Source: Azolla caroliniana (taxonomy: Eukaryota > Plantae > Polypodiophyta). Taken from it: a stretch of 64,000 nt of DNA. The notes under the pieces are model-generated. The model saw nothing but the letters and a program-made list of their open reading frames with translations, was not told the origin of the DNA and did no database searches. This document shows, in pieces, positions 9,932-23,340 of the stretch (position 1 is the stretch's first letter; each line of letters begins with the position of its first letter). Both the position numbers and the translations under genes were made by a program. The DNA lies in the NCBI GenBank assembly GCA_043228905.1, contig JBHGNT010000002.1:19592001-19656000 (forward strand), written 5' to 3'.

Positions 9932-12900
9932 AGCGGACTATTGAAGCATGGGGCACAAATAGTCCGAGCAATCACAAGACCCCACAAGAAAGAAGAATGC
10001 GTGGATTGCAAGGAGAAGCAACATGTGTCACACCTAGTGGCGCATGTATACTAGTACTACCCGACAAGAAGCTCAAGCGCTGGATACAAGAATTCGAGAA
10101 GATGCTGAAAGAAGAGAACATAATAGAAGAAGGAGAGTTCGTGACTCATATTATGGAAGAAGCCTCATTTAACGACACCATCGGCGAAATCGAGGACGTC
10201 GTGGACTTGAGCTATCTTCACAACCAACGCGTGATTTCGGTTAACTCCGTCAACATGTACGCTATCATCGATGAATACCGTCGTGGCATCTCGATGAAGG
10301 AAGCTGACATCAACACAAAATATAAAACGGTGGATAAGAAGATCAAGCCAGTTGCGGTTCCGCTACCGGAAGATAGCTGGCAAAAGATGAAGGAAGTTGC
10401 TAACGATCCAAGCTTAAGAGATCCGAAGAAGATAGGTCATGACTTCACCAAAGAGACGAAGGGGAAGCTACGAGTTGGAAAGGAGGATTTCCTTCTCCCT
10501 GAAGAGGAGCGAATGTTTCGCGATATGCTTGAGAGACATGGGAAGGCTTTCGCATTCTTCCCACGAGAAATCGGATGCGCCGACCCAAAGATTATAGAGC
10601 CAATGGTGATCTTCACGGTGCCTCATGTGCCTTGGAACTTGAAACCGATATCGGTTCCGAGAGCACACCTTCCGAAGCTGATCGAGCTCTTAAAGGAGAA
10701 GGTGAGTATGGGAATTCTAGAACCGTCGAATGCTCCTTATTCCAATAGGTGGTTCACGGTGCCGAAGAAGAATGGATCATTGCGATTCATCCAAGATCTT
10801 CAACCCGTCAACAAGGTGACAATTCGAAATGCCGGAATCGGTCCGAGCGTGGATGAATTTGCCGAAGCATTTGCGGGCCGGTCCATCTACTCCATTGGCG
10901 ATCTCTACTCCGGATATGACCAATTCCAATTGGCGATCGACAGTCGGGACATTACAACCATGAGGACTCCGATCGGGCTTGTGCGAATGTGTACCTTACC
11001 CCAAGGAGCAACGAACTCGGTGGCTCATATGGTGAATGCCATGAATAAAGTCTTGAAGGATTGCATTCCGGACATCACGATGCCATTCTTGGATGATATT
11101 CCGATAAAAGGATGTTCGGATGAGGAGAAAGATGAATCGAAAGATAAGGAAGGTTGTAGAAAGTTCGTTGCGGATCATATGAAAGATTGCGAGAAGGTGC
11201 TTCAAAGGCTCGAAGATGCGAATTTGACATTTTCGGGAGAAAAATCCGCATTCGGGCAACCAGAGATCTTGGTGGTAGGTCACTTGTGTGGAGCATACGG
11301 CCGGAAACCCTCGCCATCCAAAGTGAACGCAATCCAAGACATGAAAGAAGAATGCGAAAACCAAACGGAGGTTCGAAGGTTCCTTGGAGCGTGCGCGTTT
11401 TATCATATATGGATTCCTCACTACGCTCATGTCGCCGAACCGTTATATGGACTACTAAAGAAAAGAATAAAGTTCGAATGGCGAGACGAGCACACAGAGG
11501 CGATGCAAAGATTAAAGAAACTGCTTCTTGAAGCTCCGGCACTAAGGAAGGCCGACTATGCCGAAGGGAAACCAATTTACGTGACCGTAGATACGAGCCC
11601 AACCGGAATCGGGTGGGTCATCAATCAAGAAGGTGAAGATAATGCGCGATATGCCGTCCGGTTCGGAGCAAAGGTTCTCAGCGAACGGCAACAAAGATAT
11701 GCCCAAGTCAAGCGGGAACTTTGGGGTATTGTGTCGGCAGTGAAGATGGACAAAGATTACCTGATCGGATCAGAAGTGATAGTAGAGACAGATTGTCTCC
11801 CAATTCTCAGAATGGTCTCGGGATGTGCGACCCCAGATCTTGCTATGCTAAGGTGGATCGCCTACATCAAGTCTTTAAACCCAGAGATCCGTCACATCGC
11901 AGGGAAGAAGAACGCCATGGCTGACATGTTGTCAAGGGCAAGATTTTAAAATGGAAGTAACATGGTTTCGGAAGATGAAGATGTCGCCCTCGACTTCTTC
12001 AAGATGGCTCGATTGTCGGCGGAAGACCAGGACACGCAAACCCTCCACGCCTTCAACGAGAACGAGTACGAAGGAGAGTGGTTACTCATCGGTAGATTCC
12101 TAAGAACATTGACGACCGATGCTTCGTTGACAAAGGAGGAGGCCCTACGAATCCTGAAGAAAGCTTATCGATACTTCTTGAAGGGAGGATTCCTTTGGCG
12201 ACATCCAAAAAGAAGGACAGGAATACCACGTCGAGTGGTGGTAAAGAAAGAAGAGCAAGAGACGCTGATGACTGAATTCCACGAGAGTGCTTGGGCAGGT
12301 CATAGAGGAACATGGGCGACGTTCGAAAAATTGAAGGAGAAGTACTGGTGGCCAAGCATGTACAAAGATGTACTCCATTTCGTTTCCACATGTGAAACTT
12401 GCCAAGTATATTCAAATATACGTCATCGTGATGAGTTAAAGCCGACATACCCACTCACCATTCACTTCAAATGGATGGTGGATCTGGTCTCGATGCCAAT
12501 GGGAGTGGGACAAATGAAGTACTTAGCGCTCGCAAGGGAAGACTTGACAAATCAAGTGGAAGGACGAGCCTTGACAAATAAGACGACTTCAGCCGTTTGC
12601 AAATTTCTACTTGAAGATGTTGTTTGCCGATATGGATGTGTAGGGAAGATAGTGGCCGACCGAGGGGAGTTGGACGCGCACGAAGCGACGAAGCTCTTCG
12701 AAAGACTAGGTGTGAAGCTCTCCCTCACGACTGCCTACAATCCGGAAGCAAATGGGAAGATCGAGCGAGGGCATGGACCTATCGTTAAAGCCATCGTACG
12801 GGCATGCAACGGTCGAGTCGGGAATTGGCCACGACTATTACCCTATGCCTTGTGGGCTGATAGAACGACACATAGCTCGGTGACAGGGTATATGCCGACG

Positions 12901-13416
12901 GAGCTTATGTATGGACAAAAGCCAATTATGCCCATCGAAAGGACGATCGCCTCATGGGTAGCGATACCGTGGGAGAACGAGATGAGCCGTTAAGAGTTAT
13001 TAGCGGCGCGGATAAGGCAACTTGAAAGAAGACCTAAAGATTTAGAAAAAGCGCGAAAGATGATGAAGGCAGCCCGAGTAAAGAACAAAGTTCGGTTCGA
13101 CAACACGCATCGACTTCGTCCCAAGAAGATTGAAGAAGGGGATTGGGTTTTGGTCTACGACAACACCCTTGACAATCAACATAGTACAACAAAGAAGTTT
13201 GCAAGAAGATGGTTCGGGCCGTATGTGGTGACAAGTGCCAACGATAATGCCACATACCACCTTGCGGAACTAGACGGATCAAGGTTGGCCGTACCCATTG
13301 CGGGAAAAAGAGTAAAGCTTTTCAAGAAAAGACAAGACAAGGATCCTGACCTCGATTACCTCGACGATGAACATAATAGGCCGGATGAAAATGAAGACAT
13401 GGAGGAATCTAATTGA
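9922..13416 (+). pseudogene. Element B Pol (RT-RNase H-integrase) in the -1 frame, with two premature TAA stops (11947-11949, 12991-12993)
   Basis: DLYSGYDQF, LPQGATNS, FLDDIPI, VTVDTSPTGIG, HHCC zinc finger, YNPEANGKIERGH and RWFGPY. No chromodomain. Confidence 0.92.
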
Positions 13417-13488
13417 GCATCGTAGCCGAAATCTCACTTCTTCTCTTCTTGGCACGTACCGGAGGATGTGCGGTTTGGTGGGGGTGGA

Positions 13489-14485
13489 TGTCGTGAAGAT
13501 TTTCGGCAATAGTGTGAAAATCCCATAAAACGTACTAAATCGAGTATGAATCATGTAATACAATAGATAACATTTTTAATATCTAAGTACAAAATGATGG
13601 AGGTTTCGAATGCACTTTATTACACAAGAAATGGACAACTAAATGTCAAGATATGAGGGTATAAAGTTTGTGAAAAGAAAAGAGAAAATTGTGAGATATC
13701 CCACATAGGTACGACAAATACGGCTCTCATCATATATAAGGTAGAGCAAAAGATATTATCTTTGTGTCTATGTGTGGAGCATAGAGAGTTCAAGGTAACT
13801 TGAACTTAGAGTGGAGGTGGCTAGCTACTCGAAAAGGGTTTTGGCCAACCAAAACCGGACCGACGATGGAGCCGGTGATCCGACGGCATCCGACCGGTAT
13901 CCGGCGGCGGCATGCGGCACCGGTATCCGGTATCCGGCGGCATTCGGCGTCGGCATCCGGCGAACCGGCGACTAGATAAAATAAATATATAAAAATATAT
14001 ACATATTTACATATACAAGGAGGGCAAGTATCAATTCGAACCTTGCACCTCCAAGTTAGGAGTCAAATGGCTTACCATTAAACCATAGTATTTAGTTGAA
14101 ATTATATTTCTATCATTGTACTTTTACATGTAAATTCTCATCCATGAGTGCTAAAATGAGTGACATGGTTAGCATGTACCACGTGTAATACTTAAGCGCC
14201 AAATGGCAAACATGCAATTTATGCATGTCTTGTACCCTCACATGCATCATATGCATGAGAGCATCTATAAAAGAGGGAAGGGGGAGGAGAAAAACATGGT
14301 TTTTTTTATGAAAATTAAGAGGAAGAAATTCGTTTTGAAATCAATCGTGTAATCTCATCTTCTCTCTTTCCCAATCTATCTTAAGTACTTTCTCGCCAAA
14401 GCTTGTATCAACTCTAAATCCTTCTGGTCCAGAACCCCGGCGGTTCCGCCTCACGATCCGCGCGTAGTGACGGATCTTCACGACA
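13489..14485 (+). repeat. 3' LTR of element B
   Basis: Direct repeat of 6701-7665. Confidence 0.97.
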
Positions 14486-14489
14486 CCGT

Positions 14490-16434
14490 ATCTCCGGGTT
14501 CAGGGACTTAATGTACGCTATCCATTAGAGCATTGCTAGGTCCGGCGGCGCGCATCCGGAAACCATGCCGAGTATCAGTAGGCAGTCCGTCTCGATTGTT
14601 ACCTCTGTCCCGATCAGGTAGTCCTTGTCGACCTTGACTGCTGAAATGATACCCCATAGTTCGCGCTTGACTTGGGCGTATCCTCGTTGCCGCTCGCTCA
14701 ATACCTTCGCCCCGAACCGGATCGGGAACTGTGCACCGTCCTCGTCCTCCTGGTTGATCACCCACCCGATCCCGGTCGGGCTCGTGTCCACCGTCACGTA
14801 GATGGGAACTCCCTTGCCGTAAGCCGCTTTACGGAGAGCTGGTGCTACCGTGAGCGCCTCCTTTAGTCTCCGGACCGACTCCGTGTGCTCCGTCCTCCAC
14901 TCAAAGCTATGCCCCCTTTTCAATAGTCCGTAGAGTTGTTCCGCGACATGTGCGTAGTGCGGGATCCAGATGTGGTAGAATGCGCATGCACCCAAGAATC
15001 TGCGAACCTCCGTAACCGACCCACAATCGTTCCTCATCGCGGAGATGGCCTCTACCTTTGCTGAAGACGGTTTCCTACCGTAAGGCCCGCACAGATGTCC
15101 GACCACCAAGATCTCTAACTGCCCGAACGCCGATTTTTCTCCGGAGAAGGTGAGTCGTGCGCTCTCGAGCTTCTGCAGCACCTTCTCGCAATCGTTGATG
15201 TGGTTCACGACGAACCTCCGGCATCCGTCTGGCCCGACAGTCTCGTCCGCGTCTTCCACTGGACACCCCCTTATCGGGATGTCATCCAAGAATGGCATGG
15301 TGATGTCCGGGATGCAGTCCCTCAACACCTTGTTCAGTGCGTTCACCATATGCGCCACCGAATTCGTCCCGCCTTGTGGTAGGGTACACATCCGTACTAG
15401 GCCGAGAGGAGTTCGCATCGTCGTATATCCCTGCTCTCCACGGCTAGCTGGAATTGGTCGTACCCCGAGTATAAGTCACCGACCGAAAAGATCGACCTTC
15501 CAGCAAAGGCCTCCGCGAACTCGTCTATGGTCGGTCCGATTCCTGCATTACGGATGGTGACCCTGTTAACCGGTTGCAGGTCCTTAATGAAGCGCAATGT
15601 GCCGTTCTTCTTCGGCACCGTAAACCACCGATTCGAATATGGGGCACTCGACGGTTCGAGGATGCCCATCTCCATCTTTTGCTTCAGAAGCTCCATCAAC
15701 TTCGGGATGTGAGCTCTTGGCACCAGAATCGGTTTGAGATTTCACGGTACATGTGGTACCGTGAAGATCACCATCGGTTCGACGAACGTCGGGTCCACGC
15801 ACCTGATCTCCTTCGGCGAGAACGTGAAGGCTTTCCCATGCCTTCCAAGCATTCTCCAAAACCTGTCCTCCTCCGCCGGCAGTAGAAAGCCACCCCCACT
15901 GACCTTGAGCTCCCGTAGCGTTATGTCGGTGAACCGGTGCCCTATGCCAGCCGGATTCCGTAAACATGGGTCCGACGCGACCCCTTTTATCCACTCCTCG
16001 CTGCCCTCCGGCAACGGTGCCGCGACTGGCCTCACCTTCCGGTCCACAGTCTTGTACTTTGTATCCACGCGAGCCGTCTGATCTGACCCGATCCTTTCCC
16101 CAAAGTCCGCGATGACTTCGTACATTCCCATCGAACTAACCGGAACGGTCCGGTCTTCTCTAAGGTCTTCACCGATCACCTTTCACAACTCGCCCAAGGT
16201 GTCGTCAAAAGAGACCGCCTCCACAGCGCCGTTGATTTCTTCGTCGGGGGAGAGGACTCCGCATCCCCTGAGCCGCTCCTCCGCTCGCTTCCTCTCCCGG
16301 CCGCTGACGCTGGCTATAGTACAACCTCTGTTTTCGGAGAACCAAAACTTCCTACCTACTGTATATGTGTGGGGTTCTTCCGGTACGTCCGGACTACCGC
16401 GGCCCCACGCCTTGATAGCCCTCTCTAAAAATCC
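14490..16434 (-). pseudogene. Element A RT-RNase H, degenerate
   Basis: DLYSGYDQFQL, LPQGGTNS, FLDDIPI and VTVDTSPTGIG, with frameshifts near 15420 and 15735. Confidence 0.92.
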
Positions 16435-18560
16435 CCTCGGTTGTCGCCACCGAGGGTCTCGCGATTCCTCTCATGGTTCGGACGTACGGTCATGAACTAG
16501 ACGGAATGCCGACCGTCTTGGCTCTTGACGCGCACGTACGACGAACCGTTGTCCAGCACCTTCGTCTCCATGCGTGCTGTTGTAATGTACGGTTCGCCAA
16601 GAATCACCGGGTGTGAGGATGCTTCCTGCACAAAGAAATGTTGATCTATCGCAACGTCACCGATCTTTACGCGTACATTCGGGCACGCACCATGCAGCTC
16701 CTCCGTAGCACGCGTCGTCGCGCGTATCTTCCACCCATGCTTGGTGTTGATCGGCCATTTACCCTTCTTGTAGAAATCCATGGACATCAGGTTGATTTCG
16801 GATCCATGGTCTACCAAGGCCACCACCGGTTCCGGAACGTCGCCGATCCGCATAAGGGTTTCCGTAGTTGCCCTGGCCCAATGCGGCTTCGCGTAGTGGC
16901 TTTCCGCCAACTCGTCTTCTAGGGACGTGTCTTCTAAGTGCATAGTTTGCACCTCCACCGGCTTCTCCGATTCCGGCTCCGTCAAGAGCCTCTTCCGCTT
17001 CACCAAGTCTATGATGGAGTTGTGGAACTCCCTCTTGGCGATTCCCAGCACCTCCCGCAATGACAACTCCACTTTACTGTCGAGGATCCGCTCTTCAAGG
17101 ACCTTCCGTAGGTCTGTTGCTCTCTTGATTTCGGTGCTCAACCGAAACCCCGCCTGCTTCTTCCCATCCGGCGCGCCTAGGTTGCCGGCACCGATCGGTT
17201 TCGGTCCGAACCGGGTCTCGTACCTCTGCGGGGGACTGACCCCTCCGGCCTTTCCTGCCCGTTTGTCTTCCACTAGAACCTCGTAGTTCTGGCAAGCGGC
17301 TTCTAAAAAGCCCGTTTTCTCTTCGACCGGATCGTCCCATCCGGTGACCTCCTGGACCCGTTGTTTTGCGCGGTCCACCTCTTCCTTCTTCAACCAAACT
17401 CCAGAGAGGCCTTCCAGCACTAGCGGCCAGAATCCGGAGTCCTTCGCCTTCCGGGTCTCATCACCCCCGACCCGAATTCCCGCCGAGACTAAGTAGCTAA
17501 CGGCTTCTACATGCGGTGCCGCGGCCTCTTCCATCAACCTCTTCATTCCGCTGCGCCCCATATTTAGTTCTACGACTCTCCGGATCTCGCTCACGTGCAC
17601 CCGCCCATTCCAGAGGTACACCACGTTAGTCCTGAGTGCGTCGGCGAAATCCGCGCAATCCTTCCGAATGTGACCAATCGCGTCACACCACATGCACCGC
17701 TACCCAGCCGGTGGCCTCCGGTCGCGAGGTTGTTCGCCACTATCTCTCCGGGCCTGTGCGATCTGCAGGTCGCGCACCATCTGTGTCAGCTCCTCCAGAG
17801 CCGCTCCTCCAGATGGGCCTTTGACCACGTCGTTCGATGCCGACCCCGACTCTAGCCAAATTCGGGTCTCTTCCTTCCTTCCGGCTAGCACTGATACCGG
17901 CTCCTCGAGCCTCCTCGTTGGGACCGGTCCTGACTCCGACAAGCTTTCGTCGCTCCAGTCGCGTCGTTTGTCGAAACGGCTGCAGATCCGTTTTACCACG
18001 ACCCAGTCTGCCGTGAGCCCTTCGTCCGTCTCCAATAGGGAACCCACCTTTTCCCTGTCGAGCGCGTCCACCGACTTGACAAACAATAGTACTCGACTCG
18101 TTTCGAGCACGGTCCGGTCTAGCGTCGACAGCCACGCGAATCGTTTTTCGAACTCCTGGAGGAGCGCCGACATGTTCCTCCCTTTTCTGGGGCTTTCTAC
18201 CCACGCCATGAAGTCCCGCCTCGACAACCGAAGTGAGTCATCAAACCCGTACTTCTCGAGGAGCTGCAGCTCGAACTCCTCCCAAGTCTGGCATCCTGCC
18301 AGCACCTCGAGCACCTTCGCATGGATGCTCGGCGTCAGCACCCGAGGGAATCCGGACAGCCGCATGTCCACCGGGATATCCCTCATGATCATTTCGGCCC
18401 AATAAGCCTCCAAATAACTTGTGGGATTCTTCCCACCGAATCGGCCTATGCTACCGACGATCGATTCAATGGCTTTGTCGAGGGTACCCATCCCCTCGCG
18501 AGCACTCACCACTCGGTCGACGGTTACCGCCATTGCCTCTGCTAGCTCCGATCCCCTCAT
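16425..18560 (-). pseudogene. Element A Gag-protease, degenerate
   Basis: ATG at 18560 just downstream of the PBS. CMWCDAIGHIRKDC knuckle and ALVDHGSEIN protease motif. In-frame stops. Ends in GGATTTTTAG, like element B. Confidence 0.9.
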
Positions 18561-18604
18561 CTTCTGACTCCTTTGCCGCCTATTCACGTCGGGTTCACCA
18601 ATTA

Positions 18605-18664
18605 TGTCGCGAAGTTTTGCGCTCGCGTGCTGGAAGAGGCGGGACCACGAGGGGTCTTGGACCA

Positions 18665-18707
<43 letters not shown>

Positions 18708-18793
18708 GCAGACAAACAGAAAGAAAATAAGAGCAAGAAACAGGAAGCACACAGACGACAACCACTCGACTCGAAGAAACAAAAAGGGAGGGG

Positions 18794-18830
<37 letters not shown>

Positions 18831-19221
18831 TCTGTTGGAAGCACACGGGCTGTCCACGAAGCAGAGGCAGCGAACTCCCAACACCCACAAAGAACGATGA
18901 TCGGAGGAGAGAGAGCTCGGCACTCGGTTCTGCAGCAGCACTTCGTCCTCGCCAACGCGCGATACCCTTTCTTCCTTCTCTCCTTCCTTAAATAGTTCGC
19001 AAAGGGGAGACCCTTCTTCCCTAGTCCAATCGCTTTATTCCCTGTCCCTTTCGATAGAGATACGCACAAATCCCCTAATAAATGTGTACTACCTAGTATT
19101 TAAATCAGCCGACGTAATTACGAATTATGTACAAAATATCAATTCTCGCGTCCACCCATGTAAGAACCGGTTCATGCGTCTTTTCCTCTGATTTCGCCTA
19201 TGACCGGTTTTCTTCACGACA
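18605..19221 (-). repeat. 5' LTR of element A
   Basis: Repeat of 4377-5127, adjacent to the PBS. Confidence 0.95.
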
Positions 19222-20339
19222 GCGTCCATATGAATCTGTTCATCTTCTTGCTCTCATTCTTTCTGTGTGGTTTGCTAAGCATAGCTCAACAGGTCCTCAT
19301 ACATATTTCCACACATATTCAAACACCATAACACAAGCTCAATCACTTTCCTTTCCGTTCATAGTATTTCGCAAATGGAGATTTCTTTTGAGTAAATCCA
19401 CCATGCCATGACACCAACTAATAGATGATGCTCTATATGGTCGGTGTCAAGAAACCTTCTATAATTAGCAATAAAATATATTGCAAATTAAGAAACATAT
19501 TAACATTAGATATTTCTAGATTTGCATTTACACGAAATCTCTGATATATAAAGCTAATGAGGAAATTAACTTAATAAAATTGACACCAATAATGTGTTTT
19601 CAGTCCCGAGTGCACCATGTCATCCACTATGAAGATGCTATACAAGGAAGCCCTATGTGAGTTCAGATAGATCTAATACATGCATTTAGTCGATATATCT
19701 CCTCTTGTGTTAAAACCCAATTTAGGGTATTCCGAGATACTTCTTGTGGGATTGTCTCAAGGCCATAGGTGTGGTGTTGAACCAAACTCCGCTAAAGATG
19801 TTGTTGATGTAGAAGTATCTTTAAGACCTACAATCTGCTTCCAAAGGGAGTGGCCTACATTCTTAAATATATGCATAGGATCTAATAAATCACGTATCTT
19901 TAAGTCCTTCCAATACTATAATGTTAACCATATCTGACATGTTAGGTTCCATGCTTGTCTTTTTCTATGCATGCCTATGTTGATCATTGTCATCCTCGTT
20001 AAGTAGACTCTCTGCATCTACATCAATGAGGGGTCCTATAGTCCAATTCCTATACCATCAAAATGGCATGCTTGGGCTTTACTATATAGAGGGTAATTTT
20101 CTTCTAAAACTCATCTATGTCTGAGGTACACATTCTTGTTAAAAACTTACAATAGGTTCACCTCAACCAATCACCACATATGGGGCATGCCTTATCGCCT
20201 TTTGTCCCAATACCTTAACAAAAGTCGTATGTAGGGTAGTCATGAATAATTCATGCCATAACACCATGGAGTTTAAAGGCTTGATTTCCTCTTAGTATGG
20301 TTGCCTTAATGACATCTAAACCTCTCCTAAGTATGGTGA

Positions 20340-20830
20340 TACATTGTAATTAATTACAATCACTGGCTATGTTGATTGCATCGAAAATGGAGCGACATCA
20401 TCTAGTCTTACACTTAGTTTTATGTTTCTTGGTTTAGTCTTGAAGTCTTTCCATTTATTATCTATGTGTTTAAGTGCTAGACAATTGGCTAGAATCTGAA
20501 TAAGGCAATTCATACTAGAATTCATGGAATGTCAACCCTTTAATTTTGAAAGGCCAAGAGTATGAAATATGTGACATGCTCGAGGTGACAATGGGAAATG
20601 TCGTAATATCTTTCTATGGAAATTATGTTCCTTAAAGCATGATGTTCCGCAAATATGACAAACGATAGACTTTTCAGACTTGCTCTGAAAAGGATACAAT
20701 CATTTTTGCGAGCACGAATGAAGTTATTGTCGAAACCAAGCTTGGAGATCATCTTCTTGGCATCCTCCCTTGATTTGGGAATAACATTGCCCTTAGGTAG
20801 TAGATTTGTTGAAAGGTAGTTTAACATAAG
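20340..20830 (-). pseudogene. CACTA/EnSpm transposase remnant
   Basis: LLPKGNVIPKSREDAKKMISKLG...NDCILFR, followed downstream by KPRNIKLSVRLDDVAPFS...PVIVINYN. These match the TNP2/Transposase_21 signatures (DPRNxRLGLxTDGxNPF...WPVxxxNYN). Confidence 0.75.
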
Positions 20831-22899
20831 AGAATCAAAAGGTCATCAAGTTTATATTCTAGATATTAACCCCTCAAGTCTTATACTCACAATAGAAATG
20901 TTGTAACTGAGACATTCTCCATCCAAACCAATTTTGTAAGTCCAAGATTGGAGGACTCGAACTCAAATGAATAAGAAGGCTAGTTGCTATGATCTTATGG
21001 GGGAATTGACCTATGTTGAGACTATGTTAGCATGGCTATGGCTCTTGTTAGCTAAGCCTATGTGATCCTTGTGGAAACCAAGGTACAACATGCATCAACA
21101 CTTTGTGGCATGGGACATCTAGCACCCTTCTTTCTTTTCTTTGTCTATATTCCTTCACACTATGCCTAAATATTATTTAGCCTCCAACAACACCCAATCC
21201 AAGACTATGTGATCACCAGATTGGGATGGATGTTAAGTACAAAGGAGATGTTATGCCCCCCATTCCACTTCGTAAGTATCATCGCAACAAACTTAATGTA
21301 AATGAGTAGATTCGGCATTATGGACGCTACAACATGAGGAATATGAAGGACTACATTTTTAGGAGTAACATGTCTCTTCACGTGCACACAATGATGAATC
21401 TTAGAATCACATGGGAATGACATGTGGAATCAGATTTTGTAGGAGTTACAATCAACCACCATTATTGTGCACAACATGGTACAATGAGATATGACATTAT
21501 GAGGATATTGTTGACTAACAAGCTCGAAAGTAAATGGTGATCAAATAAATAAAAGAGAAAATCCTTGTGCATGCCCAGATGTGAACCTTATACTTATATC
21601 TTCAAAGTGAAATGACACAACCAACTAGCTACATGCAAATTATTAACAATCATACGTTTGACAATATTAAGTATATAACATATAGCAAGGAAAAAAAAAA
21701 GTAACATGAAGAAGCCTCCCACACCTATAAAACGAGGCATAGTGCATATACCAAATAGTGCACACACAAGAAGACATATGGAAACATGAGAAGATAAAGG
21801 TCGTTTGGCATCATTCTTTTCTTATAGTACTACAATCTCTACATTCTTGTATCATTAAGTATATAATTGATGTCAAATCATTCCTGTATCTCAATTTAGT
21901 GTTTCATCTTGTTTGTCTTGGGAGTCCATCGTGTATCCAATGCGTATCTCTTGTTGTATATATTCTAATAGACATCAACATTTGAAAAGGTTCGCGTTGC
22001 TCGTGAGAGTGATAGGAATAGATAGATAGATGGAGACAAAGAGGGAGGTATAGTTAAGAAGGCGCAATTACCTAAAACATTGGTGAAATGACCTTAGAAA
22101 AAATAACTTTGTAAAAGAAATAGAAAAGTCACCCCTATGACTCGCAATATATTTTTCTTTCTAGAATATAAGATTTAAGTCTTTCTTTGAGCTCTCTCTT
22201 GGTCATCCATGTGTTAAATTAATTCACTAACAAAAAGTATTTTTTCTTGTTCCTACTATAATAATATTACATTCCTTAACTCATTAAGAGTATAGTTATT
22301 CAACGTCGTTCTTAATACATTAACCTTGTTTATGAGTATAGGGTTCATTTTCTTAACACCAAAATATAACCTGAAGCTTGGAGAAACCCAATAAGCTTCT
22401 CCACCCATTTCTCCTACAAGAGGCAAGACAATAGAACAACCTTGAATACAACCTTGACAAGGAGAAATAACTCCAACCAAATAGGGATGAGTGCTTAGGG
22501 GAATACCTCCAAGAGCCCTTGTTGTTGATAAGAAGGCATTGAGAATTTCTCAATAGATGATCTCATCCACCCATCTGTCCTTACAAGTGGGTAGACAATA
22601 GAACAACCTAGAATATGACCTTGACAAGGAGAAACAACTCTAACGAGATAAAGATGAGGGCTCGATCTCTTCCATAACATATACTAAGTCTAAAGAATTA
22701 CCACAACATTCACTTCAATATACTAAGTCTAAAGATGTCCGTGAGATCCCTTCTAAAGCCTACAGAAACAATTAGGGTATTCTCCAACTCTAGGAAATGT
22801 GATTAGTAACACATAGTGAGGTAACCCAACTTTCAAGACATTTGTCAAAGGGGACAATACTCGTGTCTATGATCATTCCAAGTATGGGTGCAATGGAAC

Positions 22900-23340
22900 A
22901 AGTTGTTAAAATATCATTTATCTTCTTAAACTTCCAACAATGTCAATGCCAAATGCATTTCCAATGCATATTAGGTCACGATACTTAGTATAAGCATCCC
23001 CAAAAATTAAGTGCTCATGCATTCAATAGTTCTATTTGTCATCTGATGATTTGGATTAATGTGGATTCACATTGTGAATGGAATTCCTAATGATCTAAAT
23101 GATTTCCAATGGATACTGTATCCACAATCTTATGTGCCTATCAATAAATAATGTCATCCAAGCCATTAATCTAGGTAAAAAAACCCCTCATAATTGACCA
23201 TGTCAATGTGGCAAAACCTCTAATGCCTTCTCCCCTTGGTCTATGTGATGATTTGAGGCCATGTTTTCCATGCTTGAGTTTACATAATGTTGATGTCACT
23301 AACTACAATATATATGTGACGATGCAAGAGAAATTATGAT
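22900..23340 (-). pseudogene. Possible highly eroded retrotransposon integrase remnant
   Basis: Only faint similarity: NPNHQMTNRTIECMST resembles HPQTNGxxERxN. Confidence 0.25.

Larger units (their letters stand above)
6701..14485 (+). mobile_element. Full-length Ty3/Gypsy element B inserted in the RNase H end of element A
   Basis: LTRs 6701-7665 and 13489-14485 with 12-bp inverted termini TGTCGTGAAGAT/ATCTTCACGACA. TSD CCGT at 6697-6700 and 14486-14489. PBS at 7674-7689. PPT-like GGTGGGGGTGGA at 13477-13488. Confidence 0.97.
4377..19221 (-). mobile_element. Full-length degenerate Ty3/Gypsy element A (non-chromovirus, tRNA-Trp primed), containing nested element B
   Basis: Paired LTRs at 4377-5127 and 18605-19221. 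TSD GCGT at 4373-4376 and 19222-19225. PBS TGGTGAACCCGACGTG (minus strand, about 18585-18600). PPT GGTGGGAGTGGA at 5128-5139. Domain order gag-PR-RT-RH-IN. Confidence 0.95.

Noticed and set aside
8002-11602. Long antisense ORFs opposite gag/pol
   Set aside because: Expected shadows of the sense ORFs' codon bias; no independent motifs.
17700-18941. 413-aa ORF starting inside the LTR
   Set aside because: The N-terminal part is LTR and microsatellite read-through. The real gag start is the ATG at 18560, after the PBS.
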